64,000 nucleotides of DNA from a virus, in the IMG/VR virus record IMGVR_UViG_3300020182_000022, positions 18,262 to 82,261 of that record; one strand, written 5' to 3'. Below, one piece after another: positions 29,210 through 39,302 of the stretch. The position numbers were made by a program, and so were the translations under genes. The stretch's first letter is position 1. The number at the start of each line of letters is the position of its first letter. The notes under the pieces were generated by a model. That model saw only the letters and a program-made list of their open reading frames with translations. It was not told the origin of the DNA and made no database searches.

Positions 29210-29636
29210 GATCTTCTGGTACAGATGTACCAACACTCAAACCGTCAATATCGCTAGAGACGGATTTAATTGCTTGTGCAATTGTGGATAATTTCTTGTG
29301 TATCTTTTTCACTGTTTTAATAGCCCTTTCATTATCCTTAATTATAGAGTGTTTTGCAGATTGTGCAACTTTATCTTTCACTTGGAGAGTATCAACATAC
29401 AACTTTCCGAGTTGATCACTTAGACCATCCTGGAGAGGGTATGGAAGTCGGTTTGGTGCTTTTCCCATTTCATTCTCCCAATCACCGGCTTGTTTTATGA
29501 GATCTAACAACGTAACTTTTCCAGGTTTATGTGTCATGGCCGCTTGACCAGCTCCACCACCTACACCTAGATAGTTATTTGATCCGATATTCATATCTTC
29601 GAATATAGTCTTCTTTTTACCTTTTTCTTTACTCAT
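29202..29636 (-). CDS. Hypothetical late protein
   Basis: 144 aa; TATAAGTA at 29646-29653, 9 nt upstream. Confidence 0.7.
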   Translation of the reverse strand: MSKEKGKKKTIFEDMNIGSNNYLGVGGGAGQAAMTHKPGKVTLLDLIKQAGDWENEMGKAPNRLPYPLQDGLSDQLGKLYVDTLQVKDKVAQSAKHSIIKDNERAIKTVKKIHKKLSTIAQAIKSVSSDIDGLSVGTSVPEDHA

Positions 29637-29645
29637 ACCTGTAAA

Positions 29646-29668
29646 TACTTATACAACCTGTATAAATA
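29646..29668. promoter_or_regulatory. Back-to-back late promoters
   Basis: TATAAGTA on - (29646-29653) and TATAAATA on + (29661-29668), each 9 nt from its ATG. Confidence 0.7.
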
Positions 29669-29677
29669 ATTAAAGCT

Positions 29678-30127
29678 ATGAACCTATTTGAAAAGAAATT
29701 CCTCAACATTTTACATGAAGCACCAGGAGATGCCGTTGATCCAGCCGCGGCAGTAGACGTACCAGCAGAAGCAGAAGCAGCAGCAGTTGCTGATACAATG
29801 GAGCCGGCGACTGATCCAGCAGAACTAGCAGTACCTGACAATCCTGAACTAGCGTTAAAGAAACAGCAATCAGAGCGTACCATATCCACCATCCAGACTT
29901 GGATCGGAGAAGTTGAGGGGTTTATTGATTATCTTAACGGTACGGATGAAGGTTCAATTAACTTCACTCTCAATAGTGCAGATTGTGACAGCTTGATAAC
30001 TGATATCCAGCGAAGTGAGAGTAAGAAGATTTCTAGATTGGCTCAAGACCTATCAAGTTTAGGTGAGTCTCTCAAGCAATACCTGTTGCTAGCTAGAAGG
30101 AAAGAATCTAATTCAGATTCTATCTAA
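29678..30127 (+). CDS. Hypothetical late protein with capsid-targeting-like N-terminus
   Basis: MNLFEKKFLNILHE, Ala/Pro-rich linker, helical C-terminus. Confidence 0.7.
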   Translation: MNLFEKKFLNILHEAPGDAVDPAAAVDVPAEAEAAAVADTMEPATDPAELAVPDNPELALKKQQSERTISTIQTWIGEVEGFIDYLNGTDEGSINFTLNSADCDSLITDIQRSESKKISRLAQDLSSLGESLKQYLLLARRKESNSDSI

Positions 30128-31139
30128 TCTGCTTTATTTTTACCAAGCCTCTCAAACCACAGTAAGTGTTGTCGAGTATAAACTGCTCAGATATATGATC
30201 CAACTTGAAATGTACACACATTTCGTTAATATCCTTGAATCTCGTTCCAATATCCTTGGGCCATATGAACACACATGATCCAGCTGTAAGTAATGCCTCC
30301 GATTTGAGCCGGCTAGCCTGATCATCCCATTGACTGTCAAGTACCCATACAGATTGCATTAGAAACAGTCTGTCTATTTGAGCTTTTTGTTTTGATGTTA
30401 AACTTTCTTTCGATCTCTCTTGAATACCAGCAACAGCAACAGAGTTCTTGATGAAAAATGAATCTATAGGACCTTCTGTGATGAATATGTTATCAGCACT
30501 TGACTCTATGTTGTTATAATTGAATAATGTCTTGTCACTGTTCTGCTTAGATAAGTATTTCGGTCGATCTCTATCTGATTCTAGTAATGTTCTTGATTGA
30601 TAATGCACACTCCGACCGGATCTATCGTAGAATGGCAATATCAATCGATTTTTATGTACAAAATCTGATAGACTCACAAACAAAGCCTTAGGTTTGTTGA
30701 TCGCAGTGTTCAGACGTCTTGTTACTATTGTATCTATGGCCTTTCTCACAATATCCTCATCCTTGTAATACATGACCTGTGATCTATCGAATAAATTTAT
30801 ACTATCTTTCGGTAAATCTGGTGTGTCGTACACAGTATCAGGTGTGGTCTTTGGTATACCATACTCAAAGTCGCATGATTCAATTTGTTGAGCCACTTCC
30901 TTGAAGGAAATTTGCTCTACTTCCATCACCCACTTGATAGGATTACCATACCATCCACAATTGTGACAGCATATCGCCTGATCGTTCGGTATATAATAAG
31001 CTCTACGTTTTCTACCCCAACTCTTACCTTCTCTACACACAGGACAACCACCGGTATATGTGTTAGTAGATCTCGCATACTTAGGATAACCTGCATGCTG
31101 GTAGAACTTTTGTATTACGTACTCTTCTGGTACTATCAT
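30120..31139 (-). CDS. gp61: DNA primase
   Basis: Zn finger CPVC...CHNCG, RLILPFY, PKYL, TOPRIM ITEGPIDSFF, FKDINE. Confidence 0.93.
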   Translation of the reverse strand: MIVPEEYVIQKFYQHAGYPKYARSTNTYTGGCPVCREGKSWGRKRRAYYIPNDQAICCHNCGWYGNPIKWVMEVEQISFKEVAQQIESCDFEYGIPKTTPDTVYDTPDLPKDSINLFDRSQVMYYKDEDIVRKAIDTIVTRRLNTAINKPKALFVSLSDFVHKNRLILPFYDRSGRSVHYQSRTLLESDRDRPKYLSKQNSDKTLFNYNNIESSADNIFITEGPIDSFFIKNSVAVAGIQERSKESLTSKQKAQIDRLFLMQSVWVLDSQWDDQASRLKSEALLTAGSCVFIWPKDIGTRFKDINEMCVHFKLDHISEQFILDNTYCGLRGLVKIKQIR

Positions 31140-31146
31140 CTATATG

Positions 31147-31175
31147 ATTATAGGTACTGCGAGCGTATAAGGCGA
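31147..31175 (-). promoter_or_regulatory. sigma70-type promoter for primase
   Basis: TCGCCT-17-TATAAT-7-ATG(31139). Confidence 0.7.
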
Positions 31176-31176
31176 C

Positions 31177-31359
31177 TTATACCTTATCTTCTACACTGAC
31201 AACACCCTTCATCACAAACCGACCGGAATCAGGACAGATCCAGTGAGCTTCCGTATAAACTTGATTTCCGGTTTCTCTTTTAACGATCCGGGGTTTAATT
31301 GGAGATCCACTGAAAGGAGAAGGGATTATCTTGGGTTGTACTAAAGGCATGTCACTCAT
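31177..31359 (-). CDS. Small hypothetical protein
   Basis: 60 aa with HWICPDSG; AATAAATA 8 nt upstream. Confidence 0.6.
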   Translation of the reverse strand: MSDMPLVQPKIIPSPFSGSPIKPRIVKRETGNQVYTEAHWICPDSGRFVMKGVVSVEDKV

Positions 31360-31366
31360 TACTCTA

Positions 31367-32287
31367 TTATTTATTAAGACCCAGTGAATTTACAATGTCT
31401 GCTAGAGTGTTTGTTACAGCTTGAGGAGCGAATGCTGTTTGCCACACGTTTATATTGTCTAGAGCAGTGTTGATATTGTATTCAGTACACAGATCACGAA
31501 ATTCATCCATATCACACTCAAGATCTTGAAGTTCATCGTACTGCTTCTCGTACAACTCGACATCCTCTGGATGTTCCTTCGGTCCTTGATTGAGGTCTAT
31601 CATTCTCAAGTTAGTAAAATACGGCTCGAGAGCATCTGCATCAACATTCTCCCTAAGCAGGTCGTCAGTCGGGTATTTGTCTACATACTTGCGTGCGGTC
31701 TTGGCTCCACATTTATTGATACCAGGTAAATTGTCTGACTTGTCACCTATCATAGATTTGTATCGAAGAAATTGATCTATAGGACAACCGGTATGATACT
31801 CAAAGTTGAGTTTATCGATCAACACATCCTTCATAGGGCTATACACAACGTTATTATCGTCTATCAATTGTAACATATCTTGATCAACACTAACAATCAC
31901 CTTCAGCTCGCCTGACTTCTTAGACATCCAGGATATCACATCATCTGCTTCAAGCACTCCTGGGTACATATTCTTGACACCTAAAGAGGTTAACAAGCGT
32001 GTCGTTAGATCCTCATGCTTGAACACAGCTTCATTCTTCTTCTTGTCTCTGGTACCTTTGTACTCAACAACTTTAGATGATCGCCGGAAGTTAGTGGATG
32101 GGTATATAAGCTTTTTATCCCATACTGAGTATACATTACTACAGGAAAACTTCTCAACATACTTTTTAATACTAGTTAAAAATATGTATGCTGGATTGAC
32201 GTTAGTTCTTACGTTTTCCCCTATCCACACTGCTCGGTGGAGTAGGTTGCTTGAGTCTATTAATATTGTTTTTGGCTTTAGCTTCAT
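31367..32287 (-). CDS. rnh: 5'-3' exonuclease / RNase H (T4 rnh, FEN family)
   Basis: LIDSSN, YKGTR, EADDVI, SVDQDMLQL, GDKSDNLPGI, GAKTA; probable start MKLKPK at 32287. Confidence 0.92.
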   Translation of the reverse strand: MKLKPKTILIDSSNLLHRAVWIGENVRTNVNPAYIFLTSIKKYVEKFSCSNVYSVWDKKLIYPSTNFRRSSKVVEYKGTRDKKKNEAVFKHEDLTTRLLTSLGVKNMYPGVLEADDVISWMSKKSGELKVIVSVDQDMLQLIDDNNVVYSPMKDVLIDKLNFEYHTGCPIDQFLRYKSMIGDKSDNLPGINKCGAKTARKYVDKYPTDDLLRENVDADALEPYFTNLRMIDLNQGPKEHPEDVELYEKQYDELQDLECDMDEFRDLCTEYNINTALDNINVWQTAFAPQAVTNTLADIVNSLGLNK

Positions 32288-32597
32288 TATATTGTGCACG
32301 ACAGATGTCATATACATTATACGGTATTTTCTCTAAATGCTCAACTATTTTGTTTGTAATTCCGGTTTCCCATTTGTCTAGTGGTACTTCGATGTATTTG
32401 TTGTCAGGTAAACTCAAGCAATATATATTGTTCTCATCCTTGTGCATATATACCCAGAACTCTCCACGAAATGTACCTGATGATACCGCAAATATCGAAC
32501 GCTCCAACGGATCAGCATTCTTGGCGATTTTACGCTTCCATAACTCTTTAGCGTAATTGATCACTGATGTTTCTAATGCATCTATGAAGACTGTCAA
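32202..32597 (-). CDS. Hypothetical protein
   Basis: ORF between the reductase and rnh, overlapping both; start uncertain (TTG 32597 or GTG 32564). Confidence 0.55.
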   Translation of the reverse strand: MTVFIDALETSVINYAKELWKRKIAKNADPLERSIFAVSSGTFRGEFWVYMHKDENNIYCLSLPDNKYIEVPLDKWETGITNKIVEHLEKIPYNVYDICRAQYNEAKAKNNINRLKQPTPPSSVDRGKRKN

Positions 32598-33420
32598 ATG
32601 TGTTGGGTAATCTCAAGTTGTATGATGCCGCTTTACTATCATCTAGCACACAATTCGATCTTCCAGTAGCAGTCATCTTTTTCAGTTCTTCATATTCAAT
32701 GGTTTTCCAGTTAGGGTTTCCAATACCATACTGTTCCATTATTTTTGTTATTTCTTGAGTGCTAATTTCCTGCGGGTTCACCACATTGTAAATTCCAGGT
32801 TTTAAATTGCTTATATTCTCGTTGATATCTGCCATCATCAAGAGACAAAAACCGCATAGATCTTCGATATTAGTTAGTGAGTTGACTTTGTTGATTATCT
32901 TGTCATACTTACGAAGTTTCATTATGATGTTACGCTCACTAGGAGTCTCACAAAATGGCATTCGTATACGGAGAATATATACCGGGGTGTCTCTCAGCAT
33001 CATCTCACATGCATGTTTGGTCTTGCTGTACCAACTACTAGATGTGCTCAATAGACCGAAATCCGGTTCATCTTCTTCAGTGTATCTCCTGTCATAACCA
33101 TCATATATACATCCACTAGAAATATGTATCATTTTAGTACCAACATCCTTGCAGACCTTCTGTATATTAACCGGTACGATCACATTATAATACCAAGTAT
33201 CCTCTCTGTTGGCTTCACAAGCGTCTACGTTGGGTCTCCCAGTGTAACCGCATGTGTTGATAACATATGCGTACTGAGCTTTCGACATGTGATTAAATAG
33301 CGTGCTTCTGTCTGTGTAATCTAGATCTGCTCTAGACAATATAGTCACATCATAACATGTACCCATGGCTTTAGCTATATTCTGTCCGACATATCCTTTT
33401 CCTAGGATTAATACTTTCAT
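32548..33420 (-). CDS. NDP-4-keto-6-deoxyhexose epimerase/reductase (RmlD-like, NRS/ER type)
   Basis: Rossmann LGKGYVG, GYTGRPNVDACE, ISSGCIY, catalytic YSKTK, LRIRMP. Confidence 0.85.
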   Translation of the reverse strand: MKVLILGKGYVGQNIAKAMGTCYDVTILSRADLDYTDRSTLFNHMSKAQYAYVINTCGYTGRPNVDACEANREDTWYYNVIVPVNIQKVCKDVGTKMIHISSGCIYDGYDRRYTEEDEPDFGLLSTSSSWYSKTKHACEMMLRDTPVYILRIRMPFCETPSERNIIMKLRKYDKIINKVNSLTNIEDLCGFCLLMMADINENISNLKPGIYNVVNPQEISTQEITKIMEQYGIGNPNWKTIEYEELKKMTATGRSNCVLDDSKAASYNLRLPNTFDSLHRCIRNISDQLR

Positions 33421-33428
33421 GAATCTAC

Positions 33429-33809
33429 TTAATACAATGGTGGTTGTTGAGGTGGAGGGTCAACATACTTCATCAAGAATTTTTGTAACGCTGTGCCTAA
33501 TGAGTCACTATCCTTGACTGTAGGGGCATTTACTAATGTTACTGGCTCTCCAGCACATGTGTATCCTAACAACACGAAACAACTTAAATGCTCCTCAATG
33601 AAGGAGTTTATAACTGTTATCTGTTTCTGAGATAACCGTTTTTTCTGAGCATACTCAATCAGATTAGCTTCTAGAGCCTTTTGTATTTTTCTCTTGTACT
33701 CATCATCACCTTTTTGCTTGACTGGCTTTGATTTATTCACTACCTTCTTCTTTCGAGTGGTTGGCTTTTTTGATTCAGGTGTTTCGTCGTCTTCAGTTGT
33801 CATGTGCAT
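33429..33809 (-). CDS. Hypothetical protein
   Basis: Basic N-terminus plus EHLSCFVLLGY; start near 33809. Confidence 0.65.
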   Translation of the reverse strand: MHMTTEDDETPESKKPTTRKKKVVNKSKPVKQKGDDEYKRKIQKALEANLIEYAQKKRLSQKQITVINSFIEEHLSCFVLLGYTCAGEPVTLVNAPTVKDSDSLGTALQKFLMKYVDPPPQQPPLY

Positions 33810-33810
33810 A

Positions 33811-34140
33811 TCATTCAACCGGTTTTGCGTACAGACTATCGTCCGCAACAATGCCTTTTTTCGATAACAGGTTAATCAGCACCTCCATGCTGTTTGTTTT
33901 GAGTGTCAAGTTCTTTTGAAATCGCAATCCACCGTCATTTACTTCAAATTCAGGTATGTCACCTAATTGCTCTCTATTGACTATACAAGTTATAAATACA
34001 GACTCGATACTAGGGTTGATCATGACGGTCCATTTTCTAGGATCTTCCATGGAATATTTATTCATGATCTCCCACACGATGTATCCGCAATCCTTTAACC
34101 TCTTTTTGAAGTATGATAGTGTATGTACTTTGTTCTTCAT
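33811..34140 (-). CDS. Hypothetical protein
   Basis: MKNKVHTLSYFKKRLKDCGY...; follows the clamp gene. Confidence 0.65.
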   Translation of the reverse strand: MKNKVHTLSYFKKRLKDCGYIVWEIMNKYSMEDPRKWTVMINPSIESVFITCIVNREQLGDIPEFEVNDGGLRFQKNLTLKTNSMEVLINLLSKKGIVADDSLYAKPVE

Positions 34141-34150
34141 ATATAAACAA

Positions 34151-34888
34151 TTATCCGACATACCCGGAGGATACTACTGTAATCTTGGTATTATCTGTGT
34201 CTATCTGAAATAAGAACACGTTTAGTGTTGGATTCACATTGACTTTGAGAGAATCAAACCGGATACTACTTATGATACGAATGGTTTCAAAACTCAATGC
34301 TAACGGTGCCTCTAGATCATCACCCTTGTATTCGCTGGCGATTTCTTGAGTGTAACTATCAACATTATGTCGTTGATGATCAGTCAGTGTACCTAATACT
34401 TTACCTTCTTCAGTAGAGAAATAAATCTTGTTGGTGTCTGTCGTGAATGTACTACCTTTCACCAATTGATTGATGCAGTTATCATTAACAGTAAACCGGA
34501 ATGGAAAGTCAATCTTTTTGATCTTGTTAATATCAACGGATGGTGGATCTATGATACCATCTTCTAATAGATGATACTTGAATCCTACGGCACCGGATTT
34601 ATACTCGATATTATTGTTGTTAAACTTGAGAAATATATCTTCATCTGGAATACAGGACAATACCTTTATAAGTTTGTTTATATCTGGGATGTTCAGAAAT
34701 ATAGTCTCATCGACTTCGTTATCTTGATCGATCGAGCAGTTTACAATCAGAGTACCATCGTTTGATGAGCTCAATGTATTGTACTCGTTCTTACGAACTT
34801 TAATGACTGTGTTTTCAGTTAACTTTCCTATGGGAGACAGGAAGTTATTGATAAACCTACTCTTGTTTTTTAGATTGAGTTGTTGCAT
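34151..34888 (-). CDS. gp45: Sliding clamp (gp45-like)
   Basis: 245 aa with two repeated clamp-like domains (LNIPDINKLIKVLS...LKFNNNNIEY); in the replication cluster near gp32. Confidence 0.7.
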   Translation of the reverse strand: MQQLNLKNKSRFINNFLSPIGKLTENTVIKVRKNEYNTLSSSNDGTLIVNCSIDQDNEVDETIFLNIPDINKLIKVLSCIPDEDIFLKFNNNNIEYKSGAVGFKYHLLEDGIIDPPSVDINKIKKIDFPFRFTVNDNCINQLVKGSTFTTDTNKIYFSTEEGKVLGTLTDHQRHNVDSYTQEIASEYKGDDLEAPLALSFETIRIISSIRFDSLKVNVNPTLNVFLFQIDTDNTKITVVSSGYVG

Positions 34889-35429
34889 CTATTAATTTTA
34901 ATGTGATTGATTTCGTGTTCTTTGCGATTTCAGTTGATATGATATCTAGAATAGTCGACGGGTCCTTGAACTCACCTTTGATCTTGACAGTATTGATGCT
35001 ATAACTGATTCCTCTCTTAAACTTCTCTACTTTTTTGTAACTCTCAACGACAGCTTCTAGAGCTCTGACCCTTTTCTCTAATTCAGTTGTATATGTGTTG
35101 TTTTGATGAGCCGGTACTCCAGCACTCGGAATTGGTGCTGGAGGTGGTATTGAGTATGCTTGTTGTGGAATGTGTTGAGGTGGTTGATGATTAGTTGGTT
35201 GATCGATCACTGCACCATTAGCTGTAGCAATCTTCTGCAAGGCTAGCTTTGGGTCCATTTGTTTTGCTTGAACACCACCTAGGTTTCTTTTATCAATCTC
35301 CCCTAATGCACCATTGACGGTACCAAGTAGACCAGCGACTGCCAAGACATCTTCCCTGTCCATAGGGATTGGAGTCTCATGATCACGGCCTTGTTGATAT
35401 GGATTTGGTTGGTCGTTGTTCTCAGGCAT
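34857..35429 (-). CDS. Hypothetical protein with Pro/Gln-rich linker
   Basis: 190-aa ORF between gp32 and the clamp. Confidence 0.65.
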   Translation of the reverse strand: MPENNDQPNPYQQGRDHETPIPMDREDVLAVAGLLGTVNGALGEIDKRNLGGVQAKQMDPKLALQKIATANGAVIDQPTNHQPPQHIPQQAYSIPPPAPIPSAGVPAHQNNTYTTELEKRVRALEAVVESYKKVEKFKRGISYSINTVKIKGEFKDPSTILDIISTEIAKNTKSITLKLIDATTQSKKQE

Positions 35430-36303
35430 CGTCTAGACCGGCAAGTAGTTCTTTCACTTTATCATCTTCCAAAGGATCTTCGTCAGTATCAGATGCAGAA
35501 GGAGTATCACCCATTGGAATCTCATCATCGTCATCGTCCTCAACAGTATTAGCAACTGGAGCAGCTACTGGAGTTGGGGTGGCTACAACTTCATTAGGAT
35601 CAACACAATGAAAATGCTCGTCAAGCATGGCTTTGAGTTCTTCATATGTTTTGGTCCTGAAAGTTTCTTTCAAGTCATGACCTCCAGCGTAAATTTCTTT
35701 GATTCTAGAATCATCCAGTCCTGGTATTTCAGAAGGAAACAAGAACTTACTTGAAACGTAAGTAGGAAAGTCACCTTGCTTGTCACATCGGATCCTGAAC
35801 GTACATCCTTTGTCAGACAAGTCGAAGATCTTCTCACCAAACTGATCTGAGTCTTCACCAGTAATACCTTCCATGATAATCTTATGAAGCTGTTTACCAA
35901 ATCGCAAGATCTTGACAGTGTCGTTATTTTCTGGGTCAGCAGGATCGTTCACAACATAAACATTAACTAACCAGTTCTCCCGGCGATAAATTGCTTCAGA
36001 TTTAGCTTTCTCTTCAGCTGTACCACCACGGTATATTTTCAATCGATGTTCTGCGATTGGATCTCTGTCACCCCAAGTAGTCGGGCTCACTGCAGTCACA
36101 TATTGACCTGTACTATATGATGTCCAACCGTGGCTGTAGTAATGATAAAATGTATTGGCTGGGTCCTCGATATCAGGAAGAAATCGTACTTCATACGAGT
36201 TACCAGGTTTGGTTCTGAGGATATCAGCAGTCTTGTTTGAAGACCCTTCTTTAGATAGTGCATCTTTGATGCTAGCGAACATAGATTTTGTAAATGTACT
36301 CAT
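35422..36303 (-). CDS. gp32: Single-stranded DNA-binding protein
   Basis: VRFLP, YSHGW, DPIAE, NVYVVNDPADPENN, RFGKQL, FDL, YVSSKF and an acidic C-tail. Confidence 0.93.
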   Translation of the reverse strand: MSTFTKSMFASIKDALSKEGSSNKTADILRTKPGNSYEVRFLPDIEDPANTFYHYYSHGWTSYSTGQYVTAVSPTTWGDRDPIAEHRLKIYRGGTAEEKAKSEAIYRRENWLVNVYVVNDPADPENNDTVKILRFGKQLHKIIMEGITGEDSDQFGEKIFDLSDKGCTFRIRCDKQGDFPTYVSSKFLFPSEIPGLDDSRIKEIYAGGHDLKETFRTKTYEELKAMLDEHFHCVDPNEVVATPTPVAAPVANTVEDDDDDEIPMGDTPSASDTDEDPLEDDKVKELLAGLDDA

Positions 36304-36336
36304 ATATTATTTGTTTTAGTTATTAGTTGTATAGTT

Positions 36337-36365
36337 ATTATATGATCTCATAGAACTATATGCAA
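36337..36365 (-). promoter_or_regulatory. sigma70-type promoter for gp32
   Basis: TTGCAT-17-TATAAT followed by a 33-nt G-free stretch before the ATG. Confidence 0.8.
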
Positions 36366-36374
36366 CTTTTAAAA

Positions 36375-36710
36375 TTATTTCTTTGTTTTCAGACTATCCA
36401 TAAACTCTTTTGTGGTCATTGAGTTGGATTTCTTTTTGTATATTCTGTAACATGTTAACGCTTTCATCGTGTTGTAGAATCTTATATCATACTCATACGG
36501 CTCTGGATATACCTTGAATGGAGCAGTGAAGAATTCATCGATATTTATATTATCGAATTTCATGAATAGTTTGGCTAATTTTCTCACGTGTCCGTACTCT
36601 GGCTTGGCTTCGAAGTCATCCCATTTTTGCCTTAACTTGAACGGTTTACCGTTTTTAGAGCGAACGGTAGCTAACCACGTGTTATAAATTCTCTTCTCTA
36701 GTGAGGTCAA
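36375..36710 (-). CDS. Hypothetical protein, possibly a short gp59-like helicase loader
   Basis: TTG start; FEAKPEYGHVRKLAKLF...IDEFF resembles the gp59 N-domain; position upstream of gp32. Confidence 0.45.
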   Translation of the reverse strand: MTSLEKRIYNTWLATVRSKNGKPFKLRQKWDDFEAKPEYGHVRKLAKLFMKFDNINIDEFFTAPFKVYPEPYEYDIRFYNTMKALTCYRIYKKKSNSMTTKEFMDSLKTKK

Positions 36711-36712
36711 AG

Positions 36713-37027
36713 CTAAAATTTTAAATTTAAATCTGGATTCGCTTGGATGTAGTTTCTGATATACTTAGATCTATACAATGTAGGATCATGTTTAAGAAAG
36801 CATTTGAGTACATCATAATCTGTATCGACATCACATACCATCTTGAATGTGTCTCTCAACTCCTTCTCTCTCAACAACCATAAAAATATATTAGGTAGAT
36901 TCATCTTCTTGTTCTTAACAATGCAAACATACGAACAGAAACCTAAAAATAGATGAAGATATTCACCTTGATATGTATTGTTAACAGGATCACCATTTCC
37001 TATCATTCCGCTTATTATGTCGCTCAT
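36713..37027 (-). CDS. Hypothetical protein
   Basis: 104 aa; ATGA overlap with the DHH gene. Confidence 0.65.
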   Translation of the reverse strand: MSDIISGMIGNGDPVNNTYQGEYLHLFLGFCSYVCIVKNKKMNLPNIFLWLLREKELRDTFKMVCDVDTDYDVLKCFLKHDPTLYRSKYIRNYIQANPDLNLKF

Positions 37028-37965
37028 GTAACTACAGGGGATAAAAGTTTCGTTAAGGTTAGTACCTTATCAGTTAATTGACCTCCGGAAGCATATGGAT
37101 GGCCTCCACCTTCTGCTATGCTGCTAGCTAATTTTCCTAAGTCAACTTCCGGGCATTTCTCTTTGTTCACTCTGAAACTAACTCTTTTAGTATTCATATT
37201 CATTACCATCACTATGTCACATTCATAACTGTTTATAACATGGTGAGCCACTTCATTCAGACTCTCACTAGCCATTGTTGCGAATAAATTATATTTTTTA
37301 CCATTCAATGGCAGCTTTCCTTCAAATACTTGCAATTCTGATATGACTCGAGCAACCTTTTTCTTGTTCAAAGCGATCATGTTTAAATGTGATTGATTGA
37401 ATCCTTTGAATCCGTTTCCGAAGTCTCTGGTGAATTGTTCTGCACGTTGTCCTACATAATTCCATAAAATCACATTCAACTCATATGACCCCTTGACCTG
37501 TAATTTGTAGCTATCATAATCATCAATCATCAATATCAATAACTTCTGATAATCAGTTAATGTTCTCTTCTCGTATTTCTTTCTCAGCAAATCATACAAC
37601 AACTTGCAGCAGGATGTGTACTCAGACAATATAGTCGTGGCTTTTTTGTACTTATCTTTATTCTGCACGTGTGTGTCGTGATGATCCACTATCGATACAT
37701 TCTCATGATCAACTAAGTCTAGATTATTTTGACTCACGTCTAGATCAAATATGTAAACCTTGTCGTAATCCTCGATTTTGTTCTTCATCGACCACGCTGA
37801 GAACGTTTTACGAAAATTAGACTGAGAACATATTTCATGCTCTACATTCTTCATACCAGTAAACCACCGGAACACTAAGTATGAACCTATTCCATCTAAA
37901 TCACAATCTGAAAATATAATACATTTTTTCACCACGTCTATTGTATATTTATTAGTGGTGCTCAC
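37024..37965 (-). CDS. DHH/DHHA1-family phosphoesterase
   Basis: DCDLDG, FDLD, VDHH, SFR, GGGHPYASG. Confidence 0.9.
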   Translation of the reverse strand: MSTTNKYTIDVVKKCIIFSDCDLDGIGSYLVFRWFTGMKNVEHEICSQSNFRKTFSAWSMKNKIEDYDKVYIFDLDVSQNNLDLVDHENVSIVDHHDTHVQNKDKYKKATTILSEYTSCCKLLYDLLRKKYEKRTLTDYQKLLILMIDDYDSYKLQVKGSYELNVILWNYVGQRAEQFTRDFGNGFKGFNQSHLNMIALNKKKVARVISELQVFEGKLPLNGKKYNLFATMASESLNEVAHHVINSYECDIVMVMNMNTKRVSFRVNKEKCPEVDLGKLASSIAEGGGHPYASGGQLTDKVLTLTKLLSPVVT

Positions 37966-37973
37966 GGTTGCAA

Positions 37974-39302
37974 CTAGATAGACAGATCGTCTAGAGATTG
38001 GATAGTGTCAGTCATGTCAATGTTTTGTAACTGCACGCTAGCTTCCTTGAGAGTCAACGTATCATAGTCAATCTCCATAGCGATACTACCGTAATTCTCA
38101 CCAAATCGATTTTTCATCACACCTAATTTGATCACACCCATCTCAATATCCTCTTCTTCTCTCCATATACTGAATATCGCATCTGCAGTTGCTGCTAAAC
38201 CATAACTCTCACCAACAGTATCAAGTCCAGGATTGACTTCATTGTAACCAGCTCTGTTTAACTGTGTCGCGGTGATGATAGGACATTCATATACATATGA
38301 TAATGCTCTTAGTTCTTCAGTCGCGTACTTTATACGTTCATAAGAGTTGGTTCCTATGTCACTCTTGAGCAAGTTGACGTAATCGATCACGATCGCGTCT
38401 AATTTGACTCCTCTGTCGATAAGTTTCTTGATATAACCTTTGATGTGTCTGCAACTCACTGTGCTAGGAGGGAACTCTTTTACTATTATTTGAGCTCTCT
38501 TGTTATTCTGTTTGTATTGATTGACTGAATCTTCAATATCATCAGTACGTCGATGTAATGCTCGAATTGGTATCTGAGTCAAGTTTGTGGTTATTCTTTT
38601 AGCATACACTAGCTCACTCATCTCGAGACTTATTAGTAATACAGTCTTGCCTTGATCAGCAATGTTCTTGGCGATGTTACCTAAGAATATACTCTTACCA
38701 ATATTAGTCTCACCGGCGAACACATACAATGCTCTACCATGTTCCAAGAAACCACCATCTAACTTCTTGTCTAACCAAGGCCAGCCGCATGCTATAGTAT
38801 CATCTTTGGTGTTCAAATCTGTTATGTGTTGTTCTATGTCATTGAAGTAATCTAAACCTATGTCTGTAGCTAATGTTATGTTACAAGCTTTCTCAAATTT
38901 AGTTAATATACTACTAGTATCTACATCTTGATCGCCAGCTGAATCAGCCACTTCTAATAATGTGTTGAACACTGCTTTCTCTTTGAGAAATTTTTCTGTG
39001 TTCTCGTAAAGTTCATCCTTGTTGAAATGTCTGTCAAATCCTTCGAATAATGCTGCTACACTCTTGAAGCTATTTTTTAATTCTGGTGTTGTCAGATATC
39101 CTTTGATTTCAGTTAACGTAGGAGACACACTTCTCTTCTCGTAGAAGTCTGTGACAATCTGTACCACGTTCTTGATATCTTTATTGCTAAAGAACTTACC
39201 ATCTAAGTGATCAACTATACTTGACAGATATGCTTCATCTGTTAGCATATTGTAAGCTATAACGACCTCATAGAAGTCTCCATCTAGTGAATTTTTATTC
39301 AT
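37974..39302 (-). CDS. gp41: Replicative helicase (DnaB family)
   Basis: AGETNIGKS, ISLEMSE, VKEFPP, IDYVNL, TATQLNR, ESYGL, KNRFG. Confidence 0.95.
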   Translation of the reverse strand: MNKNSLDGDFYEVVIAYNMLTDEAYLSSIVDHLDGKFFSNKDIKNVVQIVTDFYEKRSVSPTLTEIKGYLTTPELKNSFKSVAALFEGFDRHFNKDELYENTEKFLKEKAVFNTLLEVADSAGDQDVDTSSILTKFEKACNITLATDIGLDYFNDIEQHITDLNTKDDTIACGWPWLDKKLDGGFLEHGRALYVFAGETNIGKSIFLGNIAKNIADQGKTVLLISLEMSELVYAKRITTNLTQIPIRALHRRTDDIEDSVNQYKQNNKRAQIIVKEFPPSTVSCRHIKGYIKKLIDRGVKLDAIVIDYVNLLKSDIGTNSYERIKYATEELRALSYVYECPIITATQLNRAGYNEVNPGLDTVGESYGLAATADAIFSIWREEEDIEMGVIKLGVMKNRFGENYGSIAMEIDYDTLTLKEASVQLQNIDMTDTIQSLDDLSI

